A stretch of DNA of 50,942 bases, taken from assembly GCA_045047305.1 (NCBI GenBank), contig JASFYO010000073.1, forward strand, positions 1 to 50,942, read 5' to 3'. The translations under genes and the position numbers were made by a program. Position 1 is the first letter of the stretch. The number at the start of each line of letters is the position of its first letter. The stretch comes from Planctomycetota bacterium (lineage in GTDB: Bacteria > Planctomycetota > UBA1135). The notes under the pieces are model-generated. The model was not told the origin of the DNA. It searched no databases and saw only the letters and a list, made by a program, of their open reading frames with translations. Positions 39,501 through 49,469 of this stretch are shown in pieces.

Positions 39501-40578
39501 CCCAAACCTCGAGAAATTCTGTTTTGGCACCAAAACCGGAATGGCCTTGCTGTACAAGAATCGGTGGATTCACATCGATTACCAGGGCAACCGCAAGGAG
39601 CGTTTGCTCGAATTGCCTTTGATCAGCACCTCGCCGCCCAAACGCATCGGTGACTTCCTTGCGCTATTGCTGCATGGCCCAGGACGTCGGGTCGTGGTCA
39701 ACGTCCTTGATTTAGAAACGGGCGTGCCTTACCTCCAGCAAACCATCGAGGCGACCGCCGACCGCTACCTGCATCTATTGGTGAACCCGCACTACTTGCA
39801 TGTTCTGCAGGACCGTTCCTCCACCGTGTATCGCATAGACCTGCGGCGCGCGAGCCCAGTCACGACCTTTCAACTCCCCTTCGCACCACGCTGGGAAGAA
39901 CTACAAACGGTTGCCTCCTTCGGCGATGGCGTCGCGATTCCAACCGCGCGCACCTCTTCCGATGGCCTGATTCTCATCGTGCGACCAAACCGCCCGACTA
40001 GGAGCGTCTCGCTGGAAGGCGTCGACTTCAACACCTTCCGCTGCGAAGAAGGCATCGGTTGGTGGACACGTCCGCAACGCGTACTGGGCGCAAATCTAGG
40101 TCCACTCACTTTAAATTGGCTGCGCCCTGGCGAACGCCGGATTTGGCAACGCCGTTTCTTGGACCCTGCGGTTCGAGTGCCACAATTCTTAAATCGCCTG
40201 CGCAATCCATCCCTCGCGCATGGCAAGGCTTTCCTCTCCTTCCAACCAGCGGCTAGAGATCAAGTCGAGGTTTTATGCATGGAGATGGGTGCCTTGGAAA
40301 GCACCTGGAGTAGCATCGTGACGGACATTTCGTTTTCACGCATTCAAGAACCAACCCCACGTCCGCAACAGGGCGCCAGCGGCTGGGTGCTACTACTCCG
40401 CGAAGGCGATACAAGACGTGCAAACTCACGTCTCCATATACTCCTGTTTAACAATCAAGGCATTGTGCAAGACAGCCAAACCATCTCGAGTCACGCCCGA
40501 AGCCTGAGCGTAACTTTGTTGCCGGGTATGGTGCTATTGCGCAACGGCGATCTCCTCACTCTGCTTGGAACCAAATGA
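36586..40578 (+). CDS. Large exported PQQ-like beta-propeller repeat protein with TPR-like segments
   Basis: Repeats ALELGSGQTRW, AFNAATGDILWK, ALDLHTGKPLWK, AVDAATGNALWT. Start TTG 36586 overlaps the upstream stop. Confidence 0.82.
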   Translation: MISLRIACLCLLATFGARAVAQQELPAGISLPEDRSLATKLSDAQAYLADQRWEAAVSLLQEVADANPSALIADRDFLYVGAVQRAQSLLAKLPAPAALVREQMVRTRAQLELGEAMSPPDINSLEQIAQRYAGSEVGHRANVLLQDLWYDRGYPELALAQGAAPLSKEWQNMLPPPPLADALTPPVFQDLGDSDLPRLRPGELKPVWRFSFDDDAPTADLGHRMAFGDGLGFATNGREVVALELGSGQTRWHFRGPPGWASLGNTLLNEITDGASRLTLLAPVLAEGVLLAVVQEPIGIGRSDRYSRIPIRKMLPARRLYAFNAATGDILWKQDVSWMHPQNRQPEELAAGPPAVSGGRVYLPVYTAAGTVDLSLLALDLHTGKPLWKRFLVSGTMETNLFGNVLSELAVPPPVADLERVFVCTHFGAVCAVDAATGNALWTRTYPRTTVHTRQNGQIGSRPQYFHNNPPSYDGKRLVVAPTDSFFAMALNADNGQRLARWAAEPNNNRYGTLSNLIGMDQKYAWFSGTHVVRLPLDETVTSRPRTSPALYEYVSSNASNLNAGAIIYKGILAMSSNGVVDLDPDSLAIRTDALTWEALEGRFIGPAQVTHGLVLLMTSKGIIAFASPGALLDTLVSHDLNPKLLRELLPLLEAVHYEDDPGLGRRIARTASELAKSDTFTAQAEELEFLAGRSLLLVGETRNGLIELSSLLESHNDRLRLHAAGLILDAQPEEDATSERLTQAIEVLAKAQPDRVLTRGNHMEPWQAALLRAQAMQSLAQHDGEAQRQALVAVLLLENPGSLGVGNLDLHTWARALLDALILNPKLGAAHQAAASAHLKAELPNLSFLRAFANTEAAQDWMEAQSRVKSLDPSARLELLAWIYRFGADDRDWPLLPQKLEQVNELPALPTTLTPQVSVKLDGALPLHMMSVDGSAYVFLQDDNLCRILRITENGSRLLHTLPFLPGSNSLPNLEKFCFGTKTGMALLYKNRWIHIDYQGNRKERLLELPLISTSPPKRIGDFLALLLHGPGRRVVVNVLDLETGVPYLQQTIEATADRYLHLLVNPHYLHVLQDRSSTVYRIDLRRASPVTTFQLPFAPRWEELQTVASFGDGVAIPTARTSSDGLILIVRPNRPTRSVSLEGVDFNTFRCEEGIGWWTRPQRVLGANLGPLTLNWLRPGERRIWQRRFLDPAVRVPQFLNRLRNPSLAHGKAFLSFQPAARDQVEVLCMEMGALESTWSSIVTDISFSRIQEPTPRPQQGASGWVLLLREGDTRRANSRLHILLFNNQGIVQDSQTISSHARSLSVTLLPGMVLLRNGDLLTLLGTK

Positions 40579-41648
40579 TTCTCTGCTCCCTCCTAATACT
40601 ACTCCAGACTCCGGACCCATTAAGCGGTCTCTCCACCTCGGGCCTTGAGGCCGCAGAGCGTGGTTTGCAGTATCTGGCGGAGCAACAACAAGAGGACGGG
40701 TCCTGGACTGCCGACGTCGGTTATAAGTTAGAGGAAGGCTACCGAGTTTGGAATCACGATGCCGAGCACGTCGGGGTGACCGCTTTGGCAGGCATGGCAT
40801 TCTTGGCGGGAGGACACGTCCCCGGGCGCGGCAAGTATGGGGAGGTCGTGAACAAAACCGTGGACTACCTGCTCAAGCAAGTGCATCAGGATGGCTACAT
40901 CACCTCGAATGAGACGCGGATGTACTCGCATGCATTTTCCACTCTATTCTTAGCGGAAGTCTATGGCATGACTCAACGCAATGATTTACGCCCGGCCTTA
41001 CAGAAGGCAGTCGATTTGATTGTGGCAAGTCAGAACGAGCAGGGCGGCTGGCGCTATCAACCACACGTTGCAGATGCAGATATGTCGGTTGCAGCTTGCC
41101 AAGTCTTGGCATTACGCTCGGCGCGCAACATCGGCATTCAAGTCCCGATCTCCACCATTGATGCTGCGGTAAGTTATGTACGCAAAAGCGCAGTCAGGGA
41201 AGATGATCCAGACTGGAGCATCAATATCGGCGCCAAACCGGGCGAATTTCGTTATCAACCAGACCTGCAATCGCGCGCAACATTCCCACTCACCGCTGCC
41301 GGCATCACCATTTTGCACGGAGCAGGCGTTTACGCCGATGCCGATATCGAGAAAGGCATTAAGCGTTTAGAAAGCCAACTGGGCAGCTTCACCAACCGTT
41401 ACGGGGATCGTGTCGGCGGCCACTACTACTTCTACTATGGACATTACTACGCGGTGCAAGCCTTCCACATTGTAGGAGGAGAAAGTTATCGTAACTATCT
41501 ACGTGTGGTGCAACGAGAATTGCTCAAAATGCAACGCGCAGATGGTTCTTGGCCAAACAGTACTGGCCCGGGCACAAACTACGGCACCGCAACCGCCTGC
41601 CTCATCCTGCAAATCCCGAAGGAGTACCTACCCATCTTTACACGATGA
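40575..41648 (+). CDS. Exported prenyltransferase/squalene-cyclase-repeat (alpha/alpha barrel) protein
   Basis: QW-type repeats YLAEQQQEDGSW, SQNEQGGWRY, MQRADGSW; MYSHAFSTLFLAE; YFYYGHYYAVQA. Confidence 0.88.
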   Translation: MILCSLLILLQTPDPLSGLSTSGLEAAERGLQYLAEQQQEDGSWTADVGYKLEEGYRVWNHDAEHVGVTALAGMAFLAGGHVPGRGKYGEVVNKTVDYLLKQVHQDGYITSNETRMYSHAFSTLFLAEVYGMTQRNDLRPALQKAVDLIVASQNEQGGWRYQPHVADADMSVAACQVLALRSARNIGIQVPISTIDAAVSYVRKSAVREDDPDWSINIGAKPGEFRYQPDLQSRATFPLTAAGITILHGAGVYADADIEKGIKRLESQLGSFTNRYGDRVGGHYYFYYGHYYAVQAFHIVGGESYRNYLRVVQRELLKMQRADGSWPNSTGPGTNYGTATACLILQIPKEYLPIFTR

Positions 41649-43741
41649 GCCGCGCTTCCCTTCCCGCATCACTGCGCCAGATATTGCGCGCATTGGAACG
41701 ACGCCTATTTTTCGTTCTCAGCGTCTATGGCGTGGGCCGCACCATGCTCAACCTTATGGGGTTGCTGCTTGGGCTTTACCTGCTCGACCGTTTTCTCGAT
41801 CCACCAACCATGGTGCGTTTCATTCTGGAGGCGTGCGCATTGGGGGTCTGGCTGTGGCAAATACGCAAAGATCTGTGGCAACCATTACGCCGCCGCCCGG
41901 CAAATCGCGACCTCGCAGCTATCTGGGAGCGCAAAGCTCCAGCCTTTCAGGACCGGCTTTCCACTGCGGTCGAGCTTGCCAACGACCCACGGGAAGCTTC
42001 GGCTGAAATGCTCGAACAAGTCACTCAAGAAGCTGTGGCTTTGTGCGCCGGCCTGGAAGCCAAAACCGTGGTCCCCACTGGCCGCGCACGCCGCAGCTTC
42101 CTCCAGGGTTCTGCCGCCACCGCCGTTTTGCTGATTGGGGTATGGGGCTATCCGCAAGAAGCCGTGATTTTCTTGCAGCGCGCATTGGGTCAAGCCACCG
42201 CATGGCCATCCGACACCCACCTCGTGCTCATGCCGGCCTACCTGGAAGGATTGGCCGAACCAGTAGAATTCGATTTCCGTGGTCATGAGAATTACAGCCT
42301 CGCGGTTGCTCGCGGCTCGGTCATTTCCCTACGCGTACGTGCTGAAGGTTTAGTACCCGACCGTCTGGAAGCCATCAGCAATGGCCAGGCCCGCCCAATG
42401 CACGATTTAGGGGGTGGTAACTTCGTCCTGCGATTACCACCATTGCGCACGGACCAAGACTTTTACTTCCGTGGTGGCGATGACACCGATGGCCTCCCCC
42501 GCCTTTCCATTCGAGCTGGTGATGCACCTGGTATCGGAGATTGGCTAGTGCAAACCACCCCCCCGGCTTACACCCAGCTCGCTGGCGAAAAAGGCCCCTT
42601 CCATGAATTGCGTTTGCTACGCGGATCCACGATCTTGGTCCAGTTCCAGCCTGACCGCCACACCTCCGAAGTGCGGTATAAACTTCTCGACGGTACCCAA
42701 GGGATTTTGGCCCCCGATGAGGAAGGCTACTATGCCATGGAGTTGCCAGTTGCAGGATCCGATGAAGTGTCCTTCGCGCTCACCGGCGTTGATGGTTTCC
42801 GCCAAGAACGCGCTGCAGTATTGAAATGGACGGCAACCCCAGACCGTCGTCCAGAACCGCGCTTTCTGTTCCCGCATGAACGGTGGCTCACCGTTCCCGG
42901 CGGCAAGGTGCCACTCGCATTCGTAGTACAAGATGACTTTGGTTTAGGGGAACTGCAATTACTTGGACGCCACGAGCAAGAAATCGCCCTGAGCTATGCA
43001 CCAGGCACTCGCGAAGTGCGCAAGGTGCTACGCTTGGATGCGGCAGAGAACTTCTCGGTCGAGTCCTATGAGGACAATCGTTACCGCTTCCAGCTCAACG
43101 CCGCCGACCAAGCGAGGCCTGAAAGCCATCATGCAAAATCCGATTCACCTTGGATTGAGATTGTCCCGGCTGGAGTGGAAGAACAGCGCCTTGCCGAGCG
43201 CATCGTGCGCTTGCGCGAACGGATTGAAGGCATGCGCGACCGCACCGCTACCTTTGCCGAGCCCAAGGTAATCCCTTCCTCGCGGCATATTCGACGCCTA
43301 CTAAAGGAGTTGGATGCTGGTCTAGGGAGCGCAGAGTTCTATCTGCTAGAGCGCCTTTATTCTGGCCTCGATCGGCAAACGTCTCCGCTCTACCCAACCG
43401 TCGAAAATCAGCTGCATCACGGCATGCCAGCTCCTGGCCTGATCACCGAGGCCTTGCTTTCAGCTGCCCTTCCAGCCCCCCTGGATCGCTCCGCCATGCT
43501 GCTCGACCTAAGCCGTGCCTTACTTCAAGCGCGCAGTGGCCCAGGTGCTGCACTCTTGGCCGCAGCCAACGAAGACCGCCCGACCCAAGAGTCTGCTGCA
43601 GAATTACGCGCTCAACTCGATGGGATTCTGGAGATTTTGCTTTCTTGGGAAGACTTTAACAGTGCAGTCAACCTGTTACGCTCTCTTTTAGAGCGCCAGC
43701 GCGGACTTTATCTGCGTACTCAAGAAGCATCTGAACGATAG
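41645..43741 (+). CDS. Membrane protein, DUF4175-like N-terminus with Ig-like domains
   Basis: Three TM segments, DRLSTAVEL, PPAYT, DDFGL; ATG 41645 overlaps the upstream stop. Confidence 0.72.
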   Translation: MSRASLPASLRQILRALERRLFFVLSVYGVGRTMLNLMGLLLGLYLLDRFLDPPTMVRFILEACALGVWLWQIRKDLWQPLRRRPANRDLAAIWERKAPAFQDRLSTAVELANDPREASAEMLEQVTQEAVALCAGLEAKTVVPTGRARRSFLQGSAATAVLLIGVWGYPQEAVIFLQRALGQATAWPSDTHLVLMPAYLEGLAEPVEFDFRGHENYSLAVARGSVISLRVRAEGLVPDRLEAISNGQARPMHDLGGGNFVLRLPPLRTDQDFYFRGGDDTDGLPRLSIRAGDAPGIGDWLVQTTPPAYTQLAGEKGPFHELRLLRGSTILVQFQPDRHTSEVRYKLLDGTQGILAPDEEGYYAMELPVAGSDEVSFALTGVDGFRQERAAVLKWTATPDRRPEPRFLFPHERWLTVPGGKVPLAFVVQDDFGLGELQLLGRHEQEIALSYAPGTREVRKVLRLDAAENFSVESYEDNRYRFQLNAADQARPESHHAKSDSPWIEIVPAGVEEQRLAERIVRLRERIEGMRDRTATFAEPKVIPSSRHIRRLLKELDAGLGSAEFYLLERLYSGLDRQTSPLYPTVENQLHHGMPAPGLITEALLSAALPAPLDRSAMLLDLSRALLQARSGPGAALLAAANEDRPTQESAAELRAQLDGILEILLSWEDFNSAVNLLRSLLERQRGLYLRTQEASER

Positions 43742-43755
43742 TCTTAAGAGAAGAA

Positions 43756-45399
43756 ATGATTTGCCTAGTCCTTGCCTCCGTTTTGCACTTTGCGCCCATG
43801 CCCATGGCGCAGGACCCTGTGGAATTTGGCCGCCTGGCAACCGAGCAACGCCAGGTCGCGGAACAAGTGCGCCGCTTGGGCCAATTATTAGAGCTTCTCC
43901 AAAATCGAGATTTAGAAGAAGGGCGTGAAGAACGAGCAGAACTTCTTGGCCGCGCTCGAGAAAAACTGCGTGGCGCTGAAACCGATGGCAACCTCGCTGC
44001 TGCAATTGACGGTGTGGCTCGCGAGCTGAACTCTTTGCATTCTGGTAACGCCCTGGATGGCCAGGCTGAGCTTATCCAGACGCTCCAGGACCTGTTGGAC
44101 TATTTAGTGGAGAGCGAACGTCGCGAGCGAGAGATGGCCCTAGAAAAGGCTATGACCGAGCGAGCGGAGGCGCTTCAAGATTTCTCTAACCGCCAGGAGC
44201 AACTACTGAAGCAAACGCAGGAATTGCAGCAGCAACAAGAACAAAAAGATCAGACTGCTAGCAACGAAGAGGCCTCTGACCCAAGCAGCGCAGCAAAGGA
44301 CTCCACCGAATCCTCTGACCAGCCCGACGAGGAAGCCGCGGCAAAGGAAGATTCCGCAAACGAGTCAGAAGTCGACAAGGCCTCCCAAGAGGACTTGGAT
44401 GCAAAACGCGAAGAGCTCGCTGAGCTACAGAATCGCCTCGCAGAAGAGTTGAAGAAATTCAATCGCGAGCAGGAAGAAGAAACTGGACGCCGCTCACTGC
44501 CGTCGAAGAAAGCTGAAGATGCCACTGAGGAGGCGGCAAAGAAAATGCGTCCGCAATCGGCGGAAACGCAGAAGCAGGACCCGGCCAAGCAACTGGACGA
44601 GGCCATCCAGAAACAGCAAGAGGCGCTCGAAGAACTACACAAAGCGCAAGAGCAAACCGAAAACCAGCAAGACCGATCGGAAGAAGAGAAACGCCGCGAA
44701 GCCTTATTGGATGTGATGCGCCAAGCACAAATCATTCTGGATCGGCATGTTGATTTGGAGCAGGAGATCATCAATATTGTGCTCAACCTTGATGGCGAAC
44801 GCGTACCCCGCAGCACGCGTACGCGTTTGCGGCAGATCTCTTTGGCGCAAAAGGAGTTGTCGGTTGCCGCAGAGAATTTACTCCTCACGATTGACCAGAG
44901 TGGCGCTGATAGTTTCCCACTCTACATTCAAGGCCTGAGCCAAGATCACGGTGCTCTATCCTTGGAACTGGGGCCACCGCGTTACCGCCTGAATCGTCAA
45001 GCCCTACCCCTCGCAGCCTCGATTACGGAAGATTGGCAACAACTCATCGAAATCATTCAGATTGAGCGAGAGCGTATTCGTAAGCGCTTGGACCAACCGG
45101 ATCAAGGCGGCGGAGAGAATCAAGAAGCTCAGGATCAGGAGAAAAGAGATCGTCCCTTGGTCGACTTTGCCATGGAGCTGCACCTGCTGAAACGCATGCA
45201 AGAATCGTTAGCAGAACGTTTGGCCTTGATGGAAAACCGTCAACAAGCCTTTTCCAAAGCGGGAATCCCGTTTGGTCAAGAAGAGGCTCTGGAGTTAGAG
45301 ATGTTGCTGGAGCGCCAGGGTGAATTGCACCTGCAGTTCGAATCCATGGTGAAGCGTTTGCAAAACGTGGACAAAGTCGATCAAGTGGAGGATCTCTAA
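43756..45399 (+). CDS. Exported long coiled-coil (Gln/Glu-rich) protein
   Basis: Signal-like N-terminus; heptad Q/E/L-rich helices; PLVDFAMELHLLKRMQ near the C-terminus. Confidence 0.75.
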   Translation: MICLVLASVLHFAPMPMAQDPVEFGRLATEQRQVAEQVRRLGQLLELLQNRDLEEGREERAELLGRAREKLRGAETDGNLAAAIDGVARELNSLHSGNALDGQAELIQTLQDLLDYLVESERREREMALEKAMTERAEALQDFSNRQEQLLKQTQELQQQQEQKDQTASNEEASDPSSAAKDSTESSDQPDEEAAAKEDSANESEVDKASQEDLDAKREELAELQNRLAEELKKFNREQEEETGRRSLPSKKAEDATEEAAKKMRPQSAETQKQDPAKQLDEAIQKQQEALEELHKAQEQTENQQDRSEEEKRREALLDVMRQAQIILDRHVDLEQEIINIVLNLDGERVPRSTRTRLRQISLAQKELSVAAENLLLTIDQSGADSFPLYIQGLSQDHGALSLELGPPRYRLNRQALPLAASITEDWQQLIEIIQIERERIRKRLDQPDQGGGENQEAQDQEKRDRPLVDFAMELHLLKRMQESLAERLALMENRQQAFSKAGIPFGQEEALELEMLLERQGELHLQFESMVKRLQNVDKVDQVEDL

Positions 45400-46050
45400 A
45401 TGTTACTTAGCCTAATATTATTGGCTCTTCAGGAGCCTGCGCCTCAAGCGGAAGTAAAGCCCAATCCACAGGATGACAGCGTAAGTATGCAAGAAGTGCA
45501 AGCCAAACTTGCCGACGTCGCCACTCACTTTGCCGAGGCCGATGCCCGCTTACGCGAAACGGTTGCGCAGTTTGACGACATCGTCATGGACGCCGCAGTG
45601 GAAATCAAAACGCAGCCAATTTTGTTGCACGATGCCGCAGTCGCCTCGCAGCTTCTCGTCGATGAAATGAATACGCTGCTCGAAATGTTGCCGGCACCAC
45701 CTCCGCCGAAAGGGGGTGGGCAGGGTCAAAATGCCTCATCTGGTCGTGGACAAGGTGATCCGGGAGAAGGTGAGGATGAAGTGGATGGCAATGCTGACAA
45801 ACCGGGCAATAAACCTTCTCAGAGTCGGCCTCAACCCTCCCATCAAGAAAGCAATCAAGGGCAATCCAGCCTGTTAGATCAACCATTGCGCGACTTCTTG
45901 CGCGATCCACGAGATGGGCAATGGGGCAAGTTGCCTCCGCGTTTACAGCAAGCCATCGACACGGCCTCGGCAGAAGAGGTTCCGTTACGTTATCGGCGCT
46001 GGTTGGTGGAATATCACCGCCAAGACCAGACCAAAGCAGACGGTCAATAA
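45400..46050 (+). CDS. Exported hypothetical protein with Gly/Gln/Ser linker and WGxLP C-terminal motif
   Basis: Signal peptide, low-complexity linker, GQWGKLPPR..VPLRYRRWLVEYHR. Confidence 0.75.
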   Translation: MLLSLILLALQEPAPQAEVKPNPQDDSVSMQEVQAKLADVATHFAEADARLRETVAQFDDIVMDAAVEIKTQPILLHDAAVASQLLVDEMNTLLEMLPAPPPPKGGGQGQNASSGRGQGDPGEGEDEVDGNADKPGNKPSQSRPQPSHQESNQGQSSLLDQPLRDFLRDPRDGQWGKLPPRLQQAIDTASAEEVPLRYRRWLVEYHRQDQTKADGQ

Positions 46051-46053
46051 TCT

Positions 46054-46839
46054 TTAAGCCACGCTGCCACTGCGGTATGGCATGACAGCGCAAACAGCGT
46101 AACCAAAGGCTTTGGCCAAAGTGATGAGCTTGGCAAACTCGGTTTGCGCACGGGGATAATCCTCTGCCCCAAACTCAAAGCACATTTGCTCCGGCCCAAG
46201 GTGCCGTGCTCGCAGGATGCGATAGCCGTCACTACGCAGTTGCTGCTCCATGGCCTCAATGCGCTCTAGAGTTTCCAGGTCCACTGGTACTCCAATCGCA
46301 ACTCTAGAAGCTAAGCACGGAGCGGCAGGCTTCTCGGCAACACTAAGCCCGCGCCAAGCAGCATAGGAACGAACATGGACTTTGCGCCAGCCGGCCTCAC
46401 GCAATGGCGCCAGTACCCCACGTTGTTGCGCGCTTGCGGCCCCAGGGCGATGCTCCCCGACATCATCGGCATTCTCGCCATAAGCCAATGCCCAACCGAG
46501 TTCCTCCGCCATTGGCGCAGCAAAGGCAAAAAGTTGCTCCTTACACCAAAAACATCGGTCTCCAGAATTCGCCTGATAGCGCGGATCGGTTAACTCTTGC
46601 GTAGCCAAAATTCGGAGATGCGCACCTAGACTTTGCGCCACTTTTTTCGCCTCGGCCAATTCGGTACGTGCCAAGGAAGGGCTGTCTGCAATTACCGCAA
46701 GCACTTTTTCGCGCCCTAAGGTTGCCAGTGCAACGTCAAGCAACACCGTGGAATCCACTCCGCCGGAAAAGGCCACCACCACCCCTGGCAAGTCGCACAA
46801 TTGCGCTTTCAGGCTCGGCAGATGAAAGGAATCTTGCAT
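46054..46839 (-). CDS. larE: LarE-family ATP-dependent sulfur transferase
   Basis: PP-loop AFSGGVDS, DRCFWCK, GENADD..HRPG, KPAAPCLASR. Confidence 0.9.
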   Translation of the reverse strand: MQDSFHLPSLKAQLCDLPGVVVAFSGGVDSTVLLDVALATLGREKVLAVIADSPSLARTELAEAKKVAQSLGAHLRILATQELTDPRYQANSGDRCFWCKEQLFAFAAPMAEELGWALAYGENADDVGEHRPGAASAQQRGVLAPLREAGWRKVHVRSYAAWRGLSVAEKPAAPCLASRVAIGVPVDLETLERIEAMEQQLRSDGYRILRARHLGPEQMCFEFGAEDYPRAQTEFAKLITLAKAFGYAVCAVMPYRSGSVA

Positions 46840-47363
46840 TAAGCGAGGTAACTTTCTGCGGTCTCGACGTAATGCGGCACCGAGTGCTTCATGAAGGCGA
46901 TTTCCTTATCGCTAATCTCTCGTACCACGCGTGCAGGTACGCCAGCAACCAACGTACGCGCAGGCACCTCATAGTTTTCTTTGACTAAGGCACCGGCTGC
47001 AACCACGGCGCCGTCGCCAATCTTGGAACCGCCGAGCACGGTGGCGCCCATGCCAATCAGGACACCATCACCGATTTGAACTCCATGCAAAATCGCGCCG
47101 TGGCCAATGGTGCAATCCTTCCCAATAACTTGCGCACAACCTGTATCGCAGTGAATCATTGCGCCATCTTGCACATTGGTCCGCGCACCGACGTGGATCG
47201 GAGCATCGTCGCCGCGAATGACACAACCGAACCAAACACTGACATCTTCACCAAGCGTGACATCGCCGGTCACAATCGCACCTTGTGCAACCATCGCACC
47301 ACCAGGGACACGCTTCATGAGGCCTTTACGCTGCATGGGGAAGGTGGATTCAGACTCACTCAT
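46839..47363 (-). CDS. Gamma-class carbonic anhydrase family protein
   Basis: GDVTLG..SVWFGCVIRGD, TNVQDGAMIH, TIGHGAILHG (three Zn-ligand His), GVPA. Confidence 0.92.
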   Translation of the reverse strand: MSESESTFPMQRKGLMKRVPGGAMVAQGAIVTGDVTLGEDVSVWFGCVIRGDDAPIHVGARTNVQDGAMIHCDTGCAQVIGKDCTIGHGAILHGVQIGDGVLIGMGATVLGGSKIGDGAVVAAGALVKENYEVPARTLVAGVPARVVREISDKEIAFMKHSVPHYVETAESYLA

Positions 47364-47411
47364 GGGCAGATTATGCCAGAATGGACGCATCCCCCACAGT
47401 AGGGGCCTAGG

Positions 47412-49466
47412 ATGAATCGCACCGTTACCTTTTTATTACTTAGCGCCGCTCTACTGGTCGCATTGGGCTGGTATTTCGACCGTAAAGGCCCCGCTACAAG
47501 TGCAGTCGGTAATTCTGAAGGCAGCGCAGACGTTGCCGTGGTAGGCGGACCGATTTTTTGGCCGAAGCAGCCATCTGGTCCAGCAGAACCTGCAACGGAA
47601 GGCATGATTGACCTTTATCTGCAAGTCAACAGTGAAGATGGAGCGGAAGTGACTCCCGCAGCGAACCTAGAACTTGAGGTGTTCTTCGAATCAGATCGCA
47701 TGCTCATGCATCTACCTTTTTCCAGCCATGCTTCCTCACTAGGAACCTTTCAAACCGAGGCTGACGGCTCTGCCCACTTCCGCTTAAAGCTGCCGATCTC
47801 TCCGCAGAGCAAGCTACCGCTCGAGGGCGCACTTTTTGTTTGTGCGGCAATGGGTGGTTGGCAAATGCCAGGCCGGGCGTGGTTTCAATGCAGCCCAGAG
47901 ATGGACCGCACCATTACCCAACCCTTAACGCTGAAACGTGGAGCTACCATCCAAGTAAGGCCTATTGGCTATTCTGCGCAAGGCGCCGAGCACGGCTTCC
48001 TTGGACCGCTTCTGTCCATTCAGGCACTTGACTTTGAAGCACCGGAAGAAATGATTCCTTTCTTTCCGGCCGGTCCTGGCGGCAATGGCGTACCTTTGGC
48101 TAACTTGTCTATAACCCGCAAGGGCCACTACCGCTTGTTTGCGCGCAGCCCGGAGGGCGTTGGCTTGGTACCCTCGGTCTTACTTGACCCTGCGGCACCG
48201 CCACAAGAAATCACCATTCTGTTCGAGGAATTTGGCTCCATTGCAGGCAAGGTCAAGCTTCCACCAAACTACTCCACTTCCTTTCCTGTTGTTTTGCGTG
48301 CGGTGGTGGAAACAGAGGCTAACGCAACCTCCCTTGCGTTTGGTAGCGGTTTCGCAAGCCAGGATTATCCATCCACCACTGCGACTGGATTGGTTCAAGA
48401 AGACGGCAGTTTTCGCGTTTCTGGTTTAGCACCAGGCGCCTACCGACTCGGAATCCCTGATTTCGGACCAGCAGGGAGTGGTTTTGGATGGTTTTCGGAA
48501 GCTAGTTTTCGCACCGGCAACAGCAGCGTCGAGCTAGACCTACCGGCTACTTTTCTTGAGCTTGCCTATGTCCGTGGAGAAGAATCAAGCAGTGAGTTAA
48601 AACCCGGCCGGGTAGCGCTTACGCAGTTCTATCCCGCTTCCAGCGCCTATTCCAGCACGATGCTTAACCCTAAACTCGTCGTAGGCCCGGATAGGAAAAT
48701 GGGGTATTACCTACTCCCAGGGGCTGCTCCTAAACTTTTGGTTTACGCTAAGGATTTGCCAGTATTCGAAATCCAATTGCCGGCAACTTTTTCCGCTCCC
48801 ATCCTGGAGTTGGAAATCCCAAACCCAAAACCGGAATCAGGTTTTCTCGCTTGGGAAGGCCCAAGTGAAAATATGAAATATGAGATCCTGAGTCCCGAAT
48901 TTGGTTTGGTGCTCGACACTTGGGATGCAAGCCCAGGCTTCCGCCCGGGGCCCATGCGCCGCGAGCTTCCACCTGGAAAGTATCGGATCCGCGGGTTCGG
49001 CATCAACCGTGCAGAGCATGCGACCGCGGAGCAATGGGCACAAGTCGTCGCGAATGAGACTACGCATGTAGAATTTGACTTCCCACCTGGCGGTTGGCTT
49101 GAAGTCACTTTAACCATGGATAAAGTGCGTAACCAACGCAACTTGATTCCACAATTAAAGTTTGTAGCCGGTATAGAATCACCTCGTTTAGCATATAGCA
49201 ACAGTGGCCCTCCACGCTTGATTATGCGTTCCCGGAACGCAACCAGCCCCATCGGACTCACTTTTTACAGCGAGCTCGAAGGCATGGGAATGTGGCACAC
49301 CGTTGCCATCAATGGCGGTGAAACCAAACTTGCCGGAGAGTGCTTTGCGCCAGGAGTTTATGACTTAGATGTCAGGATCCCGGGCTACAAAACCCAAAGT
49401 GTGGAAGTGATGATCGAGGCAGGACGTCAAACACAAGTCACGATTCCACTCCTTGCGCTTGACTAG
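47412..49466 (+). CDS. Membrane-anchored protein with carboxypeptidase-regulatory-like beta-sandwich domains
   Basis: N-terminal TM; DGSFRVSGLAPGAYRL, LPPGKYRI, APGVYDLDVRIPGY. Confidence 0.72.
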   Translation: MNRTVTFLLLSAALLVALGWYFDRKGPATSAVGNSEGSADVAVVGGPIFWPKQPSGPAEPATEGMIDLYLQVNSEDGAEVTPAANLELEVFFESDRMLMHLPFSSHASSLGTFQTEADGSAHFRLKLPISPQSKLPLEGALFVCAAMGGWQMPGRAWFQCSPEMDRTITQPLTLKRGATIQVRPIGYSAQGAEHGFLGPLLSIQALDFEAPEEMIPFFPAGPGGNGVPLANLSITRKGHYRLFARSPEGVGLVPSVLLDPAAPPQEITILFEEFGSIAGKVKLPPNYSTSFPVVLRAVVETEANATSLAFGSGFASQDYPSTTATGLVQEDGSFRVSGLAPGAYRLGIPDFGPAGSGFGWFSEASFRTGNSSVELDLPATFLELAYVRGEESSSELKPGRVALTQFYPASSAYSSTMLNPKLVVGPDRKMGYYLLPGAAPKLLVYAKDLPVFEIQLPATFSAPILELEIPNPKPESGFLAWEGPSENMKYEILSPEFGLVLDTWDASPGFRPGPMRRELPPGKYRIRGFGINRAEHATAEQWAQVVANETTHVEFDFPPGGWLEVTLTMDKVRNQRNLIPQLKFVAGIESPRLAYSNSGPPRLIMRSRNATSPIGLTFYSELEGMGMWHTVAINGGETKLAGECFAPGVYDLDVRIPGYKTQSVEVMIEAGRQTQVTIPLLALD

Positions 49467-49469
49467 AAC

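Noticed and set aside
40575..41648. Squalene-hopene cyclase, or alpha-2-macroglobulin thioester protein
   Set aside because: Too short for a two-domain cyclase, no DxDD motif, has a signal peptide, and no CxEQ thioester motif.
43900..45200. Apparent repetitiveness in the Gln/Glu-rich gene
   Set aside because: Amino-acid compositional bias of a coiled coil; no exact nucleotide tandem repeats seen.
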